From the NCBI RefSeq assembly GCF_000341395.1, contig NC_020304.1, positions 3,030,001-3,062,000 on the forward strand: a DNA stretch of 32,000 nucleotides, read 5' to 3'. This DNA comes from Desulfocapsa sulfexigens DSM 10523. Its GTDB lineage: Bacteria > Desulfobacterota > Desulfobulbia > Desulfobulbales > Desulfocapsaceae. Positions 1 through 8,160 of this stretch are shown in pieces; position 1 is the stretch's first letter; every line of letters starts with the position of its first letter. The notes under the pieces were generated by a model. It saw only the letters and a list, made by a program, of their open reading frames with translations, had not been told where the DNA came from and ran no database searches. The translations under genes were made by a program, and so were the position numbers.

Positions 1-679
1 GCAGCACCAGGTCTCGATAACTTTTATAGCGACGGTCGGCGCTGGCAAATTGTTCAGTAAATGTGTCAATTTTTTCCTGTCCACGACTGATTTCGGCAGG
101 ATTACTGTATCCATCGTCAGCCAGTAGCTTCAGGTCTCTTACATAGTCCTGGTAGCGTTTGAGTTCAGACTGGGCTTTATCACGTTCGTCCTGATATTGG
201 GTAAGGGTTATGGGACCTTCACCCTGAACGAGTCTGTCAAATTCAAGACGGGCCACCTTGAGATTGTAGTCTGATGTGGTAACTCGCTGGGCCAACTCGG
301 TTTTTTCCCACTCGAGTAACTGTTCCGCTGCATTGACACCGGCGCTGAGATCATCGATCTGGGCAGAGAGTTCTGCAATGATTTCTTCAAATTGAGTTGG
401 ATCAAATCGGACCAGTACATCTCCTTTTTTTACAGGATAGCCATCAGGAGCGAGATAAATAACCTTTGCTCCGGCCCCCTTAATGCTGGATGATACGAAA
501 TAAGCGTTGACCGCTTCTAAAGTGCCAAGGGTCTTCACTGTAATTTGAAAATCGCGAAGGGTGGCTGTGGTGAAGGAGGAAGGTTTTTCTTGTACCTGTT
601 CGTCACTGCTCCAAAGGACTTGAGTTAATGTGAAGGCAAAAAAAACCAGAACAGCGGTGAGTAGAAAAAAACGTTTCAT
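1..679 (-). CDS. Efflux/secretion periplasmic adaptor (HlyD/RND membrane-fusion family), partial at window edge
   Basis: Minus-strand frame from ATG (complement 677-679) reads MKRFFLLTAVLVFFAFTLTQVLW...TLGTLEAVNAYFVSSSIKGAGAKVIYLAPDGYPVKKGDVLVRFDPTQFEE... followed by coiled-coil. Overlaps the stop of the TolC-like ORF (ATGA). Confidence 0.8.
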   Translation of the reverse strand, partial: MKRFFLLTAVLVFFAFTLTQVLWSSDEQVQEKPSSFTTATLRDFQITVKTLGTLEAVNAYFVSSSIKGAGAKVIYLAPDGYPVKKGDVLVRFDPTQFEEIIAELSAQIDDLSAGVNAAEQLLEWEKTELAQRVTTSDYNLKVARLEFDRLVQGEGPITLTQYQDERDKAQSELKRYQDYVRDLKLLADDGYSNPAEISRGQEKIDTFTEQFASADRRYKSYRDLVL

Positions 680-2094
680 GGTTTTGTCTCAGGAGAATAG
701 GCAAGCAGGGTACCCATGACAGCACGCAGTCGGTATCCGTTTATGATATAGTTGATCTCGTCGGACATGAGATTTACTCTGGCGCGCTCGACCTGGGTTT
801 GAGATTCAATGAGGTCGAAATTGTCTGCTTCGTTGTACTGGAATTTAATATGGGCCAGTCGTTGTTTACCAGTTGCCTGGATAAGCTGTTCCCGTCGAAG
901 TGCTATTCGTTCCTCTGATTTTTCCAGGGAGTTGAGCACCGTTCGGACCTCACGGATAATGTTTTGCTGAGATGACTCGAATTTAAGATTCTCGCGCTTG
1001 ACAGCGAGACGACTCTTTGCCCAGGCGGTTTTTTCTTCTGAACGTGCCAGGTCGGTACTGCTTGTCAGACCAATACTCCAACGGTCCTCATCGAAAAAAA
1101 GAACATCCCCAAAGTCGCTTGAACGGCCCCGCCGAGTGTAAGTACTTACAAGTTTGAGCTCTGGAAGAGTGTTATGCCGGGCGATCTTTTCCCGGCGCAT
1201 TGCCTCAGCGATATCGGCTTTACTCTGGAATGATTCAATCCGTTGTTTAAGAGCTATCTTGACGGCCTGCTCCCTCTTCATCGTGATGAGTGTGTATTCC
1301 TGTGGAGCTTCAACATAAATGGGGCTGTCAAGTGGCAGGGCAACAATATCTTTTAAACGATCAGCGATTTCAGCGACCCGTTCTCTGGCGAGGCTCAAAC
1401 TCTCTTGGATATCTTTTATACGAATTTCTGCACGATAAATATCCATGGATTTCGCAATGCCGGATTTTTCTTTAACAATTGCACTTTTTAAATGGACTTT
1501 AAGATGTTTAAGTTGCTCGGTGTAGAGAGAAACCAGATGTTGTTCCCGGATAAGGGTGTAGACAGTGGTGACTGTATTGAGGATTGTATTTACTTTTTTT
1601 TGATGCAATGTTCGGTCTGAAGAGGCGAGGGCGTATTCGCTGGCATAAACACTGTCCAAGTTGATATCTTTCCCCAGACCACGTATCAGTGGTATTGCAA
1701 GTGAAAAACCAACCCCTGCACCATACTCATCAGTCTCCTTTTCGATACTTGGTTCCAGATTCAGGATGACACCGCTTGTAAACTTTTTAGAGATCAACCC
1801 TCCAACTCTCCAGATGGACTGTTCTTCCTCGGGGTTTGAGGTGTAATTAATACTGGAAAGAGGGTTGACCTTAATGTCAAAAGTGTTCTGGGCTGCTTCC
1901 ATATTGAGGCGACTGTTATCCAGATCCAGAGTGTCACTGATAAGGTTGCGATTGTAGCGGAGGGCTCTTGCGACAGCAGTCTCCAAAGTAAGACGAACAG
2001 GTTCGACGGCAGCATACCCTGACGAAGGTATATGAACAGTAAGGAGTGTCAGGAAAGCTACTATATTAAAAAAAGACTGTAGTTTGTAGTTCAT
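676..2094 (-). CDS. TolC-family outer membrane efflux protein
   Basis: 472 aa, signal peptide, repeated TolC-like coiled-coil segments (VARALRYNRNLISDTLDLDNSRLNMEAAQN...; ERARVNLMSDEINYIINGYRLRAVMG). Confidence 0.85.
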   Translation of the reverse strand: MNYKLQSFFNIVAFLTLLTVHIPSSGYAAVEPVRLTLETAVARALRYNRNLISDTLDLDNSRLNMEAAQNTFDIKVNPLSSINYTSNPEEEQSIWRVGGLISKKFTSGVILNLEPSIEKETDEYGAGVGFSLAIPLIRGLGKDINLDSVYASEYALASSDRTLHQKKVNTILNTVTTVYTLIREQHLVSLYTEQLKHLKVHLKSAIVKEKSGIAKSMDIYRAEIRIKDIQESLSLARERVAEIADRLKDIVALPLDSPIYVEAPQEYTLITMKREQAVKIALKQRIESFQSKADIAEAMRREKIARHNTLPELKLVSTYTRRGRSSDFGDVLFFDEDRWSIGLTSSTDLARSEEKTAWAKSRLAVKRENLKFESSQQNIIREVRTVLNSLEKSEERIALRREQLIQATGKQRLAHIKFQYNEADNFDLIESQTQVERARVNLMSDEINYIINGYRLRAVMGTLLAYSPETKP

Positions 2095-2325
2095 TTGAAT
2101 CGTACTTGAAACAGATTGAAGAGCAGAGAGAATTGTGCAACTACAAATTAGAAAAGCTAATAATTAAAATATATTGAATCAGGACAGTCTGCAAGTCAAT
2201 TCGTGAATAGCCTGAAAATCATATGTTAGAGCTGTTGGGGGGGAAGGGGTGGATTAAAAAATACACAAACTGATTTTAGAGGAAAAAGAATACCTGAGTA
2301 TGTACAAAACTAAGCCGTTTCGTTC

Positions 2326-2394
2326 GTCATTCCGGCGCAGGCGGGAATCCAGGGGGGTGGTATAGAACTGGGTCCCCGCCTGCGCGGGGATGAC
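2326..2394. repeat. Imperfect palindromic intergenic repeat (27-nt arms, 15-nt spacer)
   Basis: gtcattccggcgcaggcgggaatccag ... ctgggtccccgcctgcgcggggatgac; 23/27 positions complementary. Confidence 0.85.
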
Positions 2395-2600
2395 ATCAGC
2401 ATGGTTTTCTTGTGATTCTTTTGTTTTATCAGCCTATTGTATTCGTATTGTGTGAAGTTGGCTGAGTTTCATACGTAATCAGAAAAGAATAAATCAAAGT
2501 TGATTGGAATTTGTTTTTAAATTTTGCGGTTTGCCCGTTAATTGGTCCGCCTATTCCAGGTAGCAGAGTTATGTATCTACGTGGAGTATTATAGCTGGCT

Positions 2601-3506
2601 TTACGTTGAAATTTCTTCCTTAAAAACAGTTTTACCATTGGCAGATATAGCACTAGAAATAAATAAAGAATTAACAATTTTCATTAAGAACCAGAAGGTC
2701 AGTAATGGCAACACTATCACCTGAATAACGAAGATCCCCAGATAGAGAAATGTTAATCTCAATAGGTTCTCAACTATGACTCCCTTGTTTTCCATGATGA
2801 CTTGAATGGTATCTTTAAAGTCTACGGATTTCTCTTTTATGTAAGAGGCACTGTTCCCAATAGTCCCCATGAATCCGTCTAGCTTTGGTAAATTAACACC
2901 TTTGATTTTGTCAATATCAGTGGTGCTTGCAGTGAGTGTAGCGTTCGCCTCTATAATCTTATCTTCAAAAAATGTCTCCTGGAGGAACTCATTGGCTATG
3001 GAGGATATCGGAAGACAGAAGCGAGCTATTGACGCAACGACCATTACACTCATCAGTATGCGCTGGAGTTTTAAGATCCTTGCATTTTTGGACCACACAA
3101 GGAGTGATAAAAACACCAATAGGACAGCTAGGATTTGGGGAACAATTGTTACACTGATTTCATACGCTAGTTCTTGTACCCCCAGTGAAGTGATTGATAA
3201 GACCAGTACGTTTGCTAAACGCTCCACCATGTCATTTATTGGGTCTACTATTTGACCTACCGCTAAAGACAATCCTATGCCAGCAGGTTCTAATTGGACG
3301 CTGGATTCCTGAATAACAGAAACTGTGGCATTGATCACCCGGCATACTCCATAACTGACACCAGCTTTTGTAATTGAGTCCTTAAAGTATGAATCTGCTG
3401 GTGAGTCAATCACAGGAATCTGTACCCCTGATGAGAAAAATAATACGACTGATAGGAGTATTCCTACGACTGACTTTGCGGCTGTGTGTCTGATTATTGT
3501 GTTCAT
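2601..3506 (-). CDS. Hypothetical multi-pass membrane protein
   Basis: 301 aa ORF with N-terminal hydrophobic/signal segment and several TM stretches; no family recognised. Confidence 0.6.
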   Translation of the reverse strand: MNTIIRHTAAKSVVGILLSVVLFFSSGVQIPVIDSPADSYFKDSITKAGVSYGVCRVINATVSVIQESSVQLEPAGIGLSLAVGQIVDPINDMVERLANVLVLSITSLGVQELAYEISVTIVPQILAVLLVFLSLLVWSKNARILKLQRILMSVMVVASIARFCLPISSIANEFLQETFFEDKIIEANATLTASTTDIDKIKGVNLPKLDGFMGTIGNSASYIKEKSVDFKDTIQVIMENKGVIVENLLRLTFLYLGIFVIQVIVLPLLTFWFLMKIVNSLFISSAISANGKTVFKEEIST

Positions 3507-4021
3507 AATTGTGTAAATAAATGGATTATCGGTGACGTCTATTTTTTGTTCTTCGGATATCTCTTTTTGTCTTACTCGTGGTAACGCTTGATATCAGCGT
3601 GCAACTAGCTCACTTACATTTTTATAATGAGCCATATTTATCAAAAGTATTCGCGCTTTATGTGATTTTCTGAATAGTTTGAAGTGTGGAGAGGATTTTC
3701 ACTTCACTTTTGAAATTTGCCAGCTTGGTCTTACCCCGTTCCTGAGTCAACATGATATCACAAGCGCCTTGTATTCCATACATAGTAGTCTTGACGTGTT
3801 TTCGCTATATCATAAACTCACCACAAAGGGCAAAGGGAGACTTGACCCCTTTTGTTGTAAAAAATCGAATACGAGATGCGGGTCAGCGTGTATACAATTG
3901 TTCGGCGCTTTTTGCCGCTTTTTTTATCGTGGTTTGTCCTAAGTTGTTTCCCATAGTTACTGGGTCCATGCAATCAACTGTGACATGCTAGGAAATATTT
4001 GCATTTTCTTAAATGGAAAAT

Positions 4022-5047
4022 TTAAGTGATATATTTTCTAAGTATTTCTTTTGCTTCCAAGGCGTCCCTGTCGTTAGCGTTAATATGGGTAATAAAGTTT
4101 GACAACCCAAGTAAATGCATAATGTAATTTGTCCTCTTTTCCTCAGTTCTTATTAAGTGACCGTCTAGTCCATATTTTTTGATGTAAAAAATTTCTTGGC
4201 GAAGTTTCCGCCTTTTCTCTCTACAAACATTAATTCTTTCGTTTACAACTAAACCAGTTGTAAACTGCCTTTGATGTTTGAACATTTGTTTGGTTTTGGT
4301 CTTGTTCAAAAGCAAGCCACTGTCTTTAAAAACCATGTTGATAAAAGATATTAATTTTCCGACATCAAATTCTCCAGAGAAAGTCAAATCGTCTGAATAT
4401 CTGGTGTATCGAATTTTTCTTGCCAGGCAGTAGCCTGCGATCCGCGCATCGCAACGATTCATGAAAATATTTGATAGTGTTGGACTAGTTGGTGCACCTT
4501 GAGGTAAGCAGTTTTTTAATGTTGTTAAACCTGTGAGCATTGCAGAGACCTCAGCTGAATACCCTATGTTTTTGAAGATATGAAAAACATTTTGCCCCTT
4601 AATCGAGGGAAAGAAATCTTTAACATCTATTCGCAATACTTGTTTTTGTCTTAGATGAAACCTTGCATTATCTTTTATCGAAAATCCTACAACATACGCC
4701 TTGGCAAATTTGCTAATTGTGACTTGGCTTAAAATGTTATCAAGTATCCACCTCTGAATCTCTTTTAAGCTAGGAAGAGGCTCACATATTGTGCGCATTG
4801 TATCTGATGATTTTTTCTTTATTTTATAACACCTGTAGAATTGATCAGATTTCGTGCTAGATGCGTTGCGAATATAGTCAATATTATACCCAACTAATCT
4901 TGACAAATGATTCTGGCTGAAGATGATTGGCAAGTTTGCTTTATACAAACCCCTAGCATATGACAGTGCATGTTGCATGCTCTTTTCATCTAAGGATTTA
5001 GCAGTTGCTTGTATCGTGAATTCTTTACGATATTTTTTCCAATTCAT
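4022..5047 (-). CDS. Retron-type reverse transcriptase
   Basis: RT motifs: VLRIDVKDFFPSI, LPQGAPTSPTLSNIFMNRCD, YTRYSDDLTFSG (YxDD), and TTGLVVN (retron VTG-like motif). Preceded by msr-msd-like ncRNA with a1/a2 repeats. Confidence 0.93.
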   Translation of the reverse strand: MNWKKYRKEFTIQATAKSLDEKSMQHALSYARGLYKANLPIIFSQNHLSRLVGYNIDYIRNASSTKSDQFYRCYKIKKKSSDTMRTICEPLPSLKEIQRWILDNILSQVTISKFAKAYVVGFSIKDNARFHLRQKQVLRIDVKDFFPSIKGQNVFHIFKNIGYSAEVSAMLTGLTTLKNCLPQGAPTSPTLSNIFMNRCDARIAGYCLARKIRYTRYSDDLTFSGEFDVGKLISFINMVFKDSGLLLNKTKTKQMFKHQRQFTTGLVVNERINVCREKRRKLRQEIFYIKKYGLDGHLIRTEEKRTNYIMHLLGLSNFITHINANDRDALEAKEILRKYIT

Positions 5048-5094
5048 AGCACAAAAAAATTAGCTAACGGCCTCACTACATACGGACATAATCA

Positions 5095-5165
5095 CCGAGA
5101 TGCAGGACAAATCCTTGCATTTCGGCCCTCAAGGACGAGATGCAAGGATTTGTCCTGCATCTCGG
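5095..5165 (-). repeat. Long msd-type stem: 26-bp perfect inverted repeat, 19-nt loop
   Basis: ccgagatgcaggacaaatccttgcat (5095-5120) / atgcaaggatttgtcctgcatctcgg (5140-5165). Confidence 0.95.
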
Positions 5166-5190
5166 GGCTGGAGGCTTTTGCGGAAGCGGG

Positions 5191-5233
5191 GCGAAGATTC
5201 GCCAACTCTTTCCAAGAGTTGGTGAATCTTCGC
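5191..5233 (-). repeat. Second long stem: 20-bp arms, one non-Watson-Crick position, 3-nt loop
   Basis: gcgaagattcgccaactctt (5191-5210) / aagagttggtgaatcttcgc (5214-5233). Confidence 0.95.
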
Positions 5234-5312
5234 CTGGGCTTGAAAGCAAGTTCTCCCCAGAATGGCGACTCGCCATTCCGTGGCTAAGCCACTAAGGCTA
5301 GTGAGGCCGCAG

Positions 5313-5639
5313 CTAAACTTTTAATTTCCTTATAGTAGTTAATCGTGGAATATAAATTTCACCGATTCCTATTGAATCGATTTTTTCTGAATCCAAAGGA
5401 ATTATCCACGGCTCTTTACCTTTAGATTTCTTTTGTGCTGAAGCGATAAAAATACGTCCCGCATCAGTTACAATTAAATCTTCTTCTTGTCCATGGGTAT
5501 CATAATTAAGAAACCCTTTCTCCAATGCTTCATTTACAAGCAAAAAGTATTGTGAATATTGGATTCCATGTCGAAATAATTTTTCGATTGGAGATTTGTT
5601 GTCAATAGATTGTAGCACTAAGGCCAAATTAAAACTCAT
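5313..5639 (-). CDS. Retron accessory protein, winged-helix-like
   Basis: 108 aa; pattern ALEKGFLNYDTHGQEEDLIVTDAGRIFIASA resembles a winged-helix wing. Sits between the PRTase ORF and the ncRNA in the same operon; stop codon lies inside a1. Confidence 0.65.
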   Translation of the reverse strand: MSFNLALVLQSIDNKSPIEKLFRHGIQYSQYFLLVNEALEKGFLNYDTHGQEEDLIVTDAGRIFIASAQKKSKGKEPWIIPLDSEKIDSIGIGEIYIPRLTTIRKLKV

Positions 5640-5645
5640 GTGACT

Positions 5646-6494
5646 TTACCGATAAAATGGAGCTGTGCCTGAGCCGTTATCTGCCCAATATACAGGAAAA
5701 GTATTATTTGGAGTTCTGAAAGGCATAGTCACTAGTGCTTCACTTGAAGCAAAACCAAGATAATGCTTACTGTTACTTATTATTCTAGCAGAAATACCTT
5801 TCATTATTTCAATTGCTTTTCCAATTTCTGTAATCTTCTGTGAATCAGTTAGGCCTTTTTTTCTAATATGGTTTGCCCAGACATCGAAACCCGCATTTTT
5901 TAGTTTTTCTTTTCCTTCGGACTGGCATACTGCGCACATAACTGCAACGACATCGGTGCTTTTTCTAAAATTAGATTCATATGCTGATAATGCTTTAAGT
6001 GCAGAACGACCAGTTCCTATGAAATCATCGACAAAAATTAACAAACAATCACCCCGATCAGCTAGACTGTTACCTAATGCTGTCATTAAATCTTTTGATT
6101 CAATTTTAAGATTGTTTGTCAGTCCATTTTGTCGGCACATTAAGTTTAATTGGTGGTATGCAGGGTACAATACTGATGACTGACTTTTTGTATTTTGACT
6201 ATCATCAGGTGCTATAAGGGGCAGGAAATAAACCTCCTCAAAACCTGCTATTAATTCGATACTAATGTCGCAATATATTTCCCGGAAACATCGTTGCATA
6301 GCGTTTGCGTCAACATAGAGATAGTCTTCTGTTAATTTCAACAATAAGTCAGCTTCATCATCTGATAATCCCTCGATTATTTTTATAAAATTAGTCAGTA
6401 TATCTTCAAACCCAGCTTCTTCGAATTTTTTAAACCAATTTTTCTGGATAAATATTTTGTTTAACCTAGGAAAATATTTTGTTATTTCAGCCAT
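5646..6494 (-). CDS. Retron-associated phosphoribosyltransferase-like effector
   Basis: 282 aa; PRTase PRPP-loop signature CLLIFVDDFIGTGRSALKAL. Six-nt gap to the next retron ORF, same strand as the RT. Confidence 0.8.
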   Translation of the reverse strand: MAEITKYFPRLNKIFIQKNWFKKFEEAGFEDILTNFIKIIEGLSDDEADLLLKLTEDYLYVDANAMQRCFREIYCDISIELIAGFEEVYFLPLIAPDDSQNTKSQSSVLYPAYHQLNLMCRQNGLTNNLKIESKDLMTALGNSLADRGDCLLIFVDDFIGTGRSALKALSAYESNFRKSTDVVAVMCAVCQSEGKEKLKNAGFDVWANHIRKKGLTDSQKITEIGKAIEIMKGISARIISNSKHYLGFASSEALVTMPFRTPNNTFPVYWADNGSGTAPFYR

Positions 6495-6585
6495 TCTGAG
6501 AACGTACCATGATAAATGTTTGTGTAAATTAAAAGGTTCTATAATTAGAATAACTTTTCAACTCAGGCAATTTTCACTGAGGCCG

Positions 6586-6723
6586 AACAGTGTTAATACA
6601 TGGACAATGTCCATCATATTACCTTATATCTGGCCACTTTTTCCACCTATTTTGGTATTGATAGCTCTATATGGAAAAAAGTGTCCACTTATTACTTTTT
6701 TCTTCATTTTGTCCATGTAATGC
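6586..6723. repeat. Copy 1 of a 138-bp direct repeat (attI-like leader or MITE-like element)
   Basis: aacagtgttaatacatggacaatgtccatcatatt...cattttgtccatgtaatgc; about 10 mismatches over 138 nt versus 13981-14118. Confidence 0.95.
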
Positions 6724-6741
6724 TAATCAATGTAAGGCAAT

Positions 6742-7686
6742 AAGGGGTCGGGCCGCCGCAAGCACTCGTGATTTAAGAACAAACATCCCATAAAAAGCTA
6801 TTTTCTGTACTTAGCTGTTCATTTTTGGTGCTAAAATTGGCACTGCAAGGAATCTGCGTCTCTCGAAGTTCAAAACTTTCATCAACTTTATGAATCCCTC
6901 GGTGGATCGCCCTCATTCCAAGTTCATTTTTAATTTTCTCAACAAAAGTTTGACTCCCAACTGCGACGCTTTGTGTCCATTTACTCTCACGCAGCTGCTT
7001 ATCTGCTTTTAAGGTATCTTCAACCCAGTTAGCATGCATCTCTTTAAGTTCTACAACTGAATTTAGACCAAGGAGTTCTGTTAGCAGTCTGTAATTAATA
7101 ATTGCATAACGTTGCTTTTGGTTTTGTATTTCATTATATCCACTCCAGTTCCATTCAGAGGGATGTCCCACTACTCCTGTACGCACCATATTCATATCAA
7201 TATAAGCGAGGCATTTCACAAGATGGGTGTCATTTTCAATAGCCGTTGCATGGTACCTATCTTCCCAGTATGCCCCATGACGTTTTTTTCTTCGATTATA
7301 TTCTTGTCCAACTTGTCCCGCTACCAATTGCATTGACCTGGGAATAGTATCTCGGTTGCCGTTATCTGACACCAACAGATGTATGTGGTTGGAAGTGGCG
7401 ATATAATTCAGTACATCAAGACCATACCTTTGTTTTGCCTTGAATAGTAGCTCCAACCATCTATTTCTATCTCTAGAAAACTTAAGCAGAAATTCCTTTT
7501 TATGACATCGGTGAGTTATATGCCATACACATCCAGGCATGTAATATCGTTTTGCGCGTGGCATATCTGCTGCTTTTCCTTAAACCCACTATTTTAGCAC
7601 CAAAAGTGCTGCCCTAAGATCATTTCGAGTGACTTTATTTGAGACATTCTTTGTTATTTCAAACTATTGAGGCGGCCCGACCCCTT
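6742..7686. mobile_element. Y1 transposase gene bracketed by a 16-bp perfect inverted repeat (RAYT-like module)
   Basis: aaggggtcgggccgcc (6742-6757) and ggcggcccgacccctt (7671-7686) flank the transposase ORF. Confidence 0.8.
6773..7564 (-). CDS. REP-associated tyrosine transposase (Y1_Tnp / IS200-like)
   Basis: MPRAKRYYMPGCVWHITHRCHKKEFLL...YIATSNHIHLLVSD (HUH = HIH)...QVGQEYNRRKKRHGAYWEDRYHATAIE...YIDMNMVRTGVVGHPSEWNWSGYNE. Confidence 0.93.
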   Translation of the reverse strand: MPRAKRYYMPGCVWHITHRCHKKEFLLKFSRDRNRWLELLFKAKQRYGLDVLNYIATSNHIHLLVSDNGNRDTIPRSMQLVAGQVGQEYNRRKKRHGAYWEDRYHATAIENDTHLVKCLAYIDMNMVRTGVVGHPSEWNWSGYNEIQNQKQRYAIINYRLLTELLGLNSVVELKEMHANWVEDTLKADKQLRESKWTQSVAVGSQTFVEKIKNELGMRAIHRGIHKVDESFELRETQIPCSANFSTKNEQLSTENSFLWDVCS

Positions 7687-8149
7687 TTTGGTCGCTAAAA
7701 GTGAACTGTATGAGCTTCGGCAGCAACAGGTTAAGCCCATTCTACAGAAATTTAAAACCTGGCTGATCAAAAGATCCAGTACAGTTGTTCCAAGAAGTCT
7801 TCTTGGCCAGGCTATTTCTTACTGCTTAGGGCAATGGCATCGGCTGGAAAACTATATCAAAAGTGGTCATGCTGGAATAGATAACAATGTTGCTGAAAAT
7901 GCTATTCGCCCCTTTGTGGTGGGAAGAAAAAACTGGCTGTTCTCTGGAACACCTGAAGGTGCAGGCGCCAGCGCCACTCTTTACAGCCTTATCGAAACTG
8001 CTAAGGCTAATCGACTTGAGCCTTACAGTTACCTGCGCTATCTGTTTGAGAAATTGCCTACGACGACACCAGACGAGCTTTGTAGCCTGCTGCCGCAAAA
8101 CCTTTCACCTGAAAAACTTGTCTTGCCCCATATGGCAAGTGGGGTTTAA
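7687..8149 (+). pseudogene. IS66 transposase (TnpC), C-terminal fragment
   Basis: AISYCLGQWHRLENYIKSGHAGIDNNVAENAIRPFVVGRKNWLFSGTPEGAGASATLYSLIETAKANRLEPYSYLRYLFEKLP is typical of the IS66 C-terminus; the N-terminal part is absent. Confidence 0.9.
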
Positions 8150-8160
8150 TTCCCGCTTAC
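7687..8160 (+). mobile_element. IS66-family remnant (3' part only)
   Basis: Contains the 3' end of an IS66 TnpC-like gene; minus-strand terminus at 8160 reads GTAAGCGGG, an IS66-type end. The 5' part is missing and abuts the RAYT module. Confidence 0.8.

Larger units (their letters stand above)
5060..5316 (-). ncRNA. Retron msr-msd ncRNA
   Basis: Outer inverted repeat: a1 = 5299-5316 (complement of tagtgaggccgcagctaa), a2 = 5060-5078 (ttagctaacggcctcacta); 11 perfect bp plus a further TTAGCT block. Just after a1 the minus strand reads CACTAGCC (candidate AGC branch G). Msr-like small hairpins at 5280-5292 (gtggc/taa/gccac) and 5260-5278 (gaatggcg/act/cgccattc). Long stems at 5191-5233 and 5095-5165. 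Confidence 0.88.

Noticed and set aside
3679-3942. 87-aa plus-strand ORF left of the retron RT
   Set aside because: Low-complexity, cysteine-rich translation with no recognisable domain, in a noncoding-looking stretch; two overlapping frames are equally open.
5095-5233. The two long stems read as attC sites or terminators
   Set aside because: They lack R/L boxes and T-tracts and are enclosed by the a1/a2 inverted repeat directly upstream of the RT, so retron msd/msr is the simpler explanation.
5009-5287. ORFs 5009..5287 (+) and 5076..5276 (-)
   Set aside because: They run through the retron msr-msd stems; the translations are products of the palindromic ncRNA sequence, not genes.
7826-8098. 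Minus-strand 90-aa ORF
   Set aside because: Antisense to the IS66 TnpC fragment.
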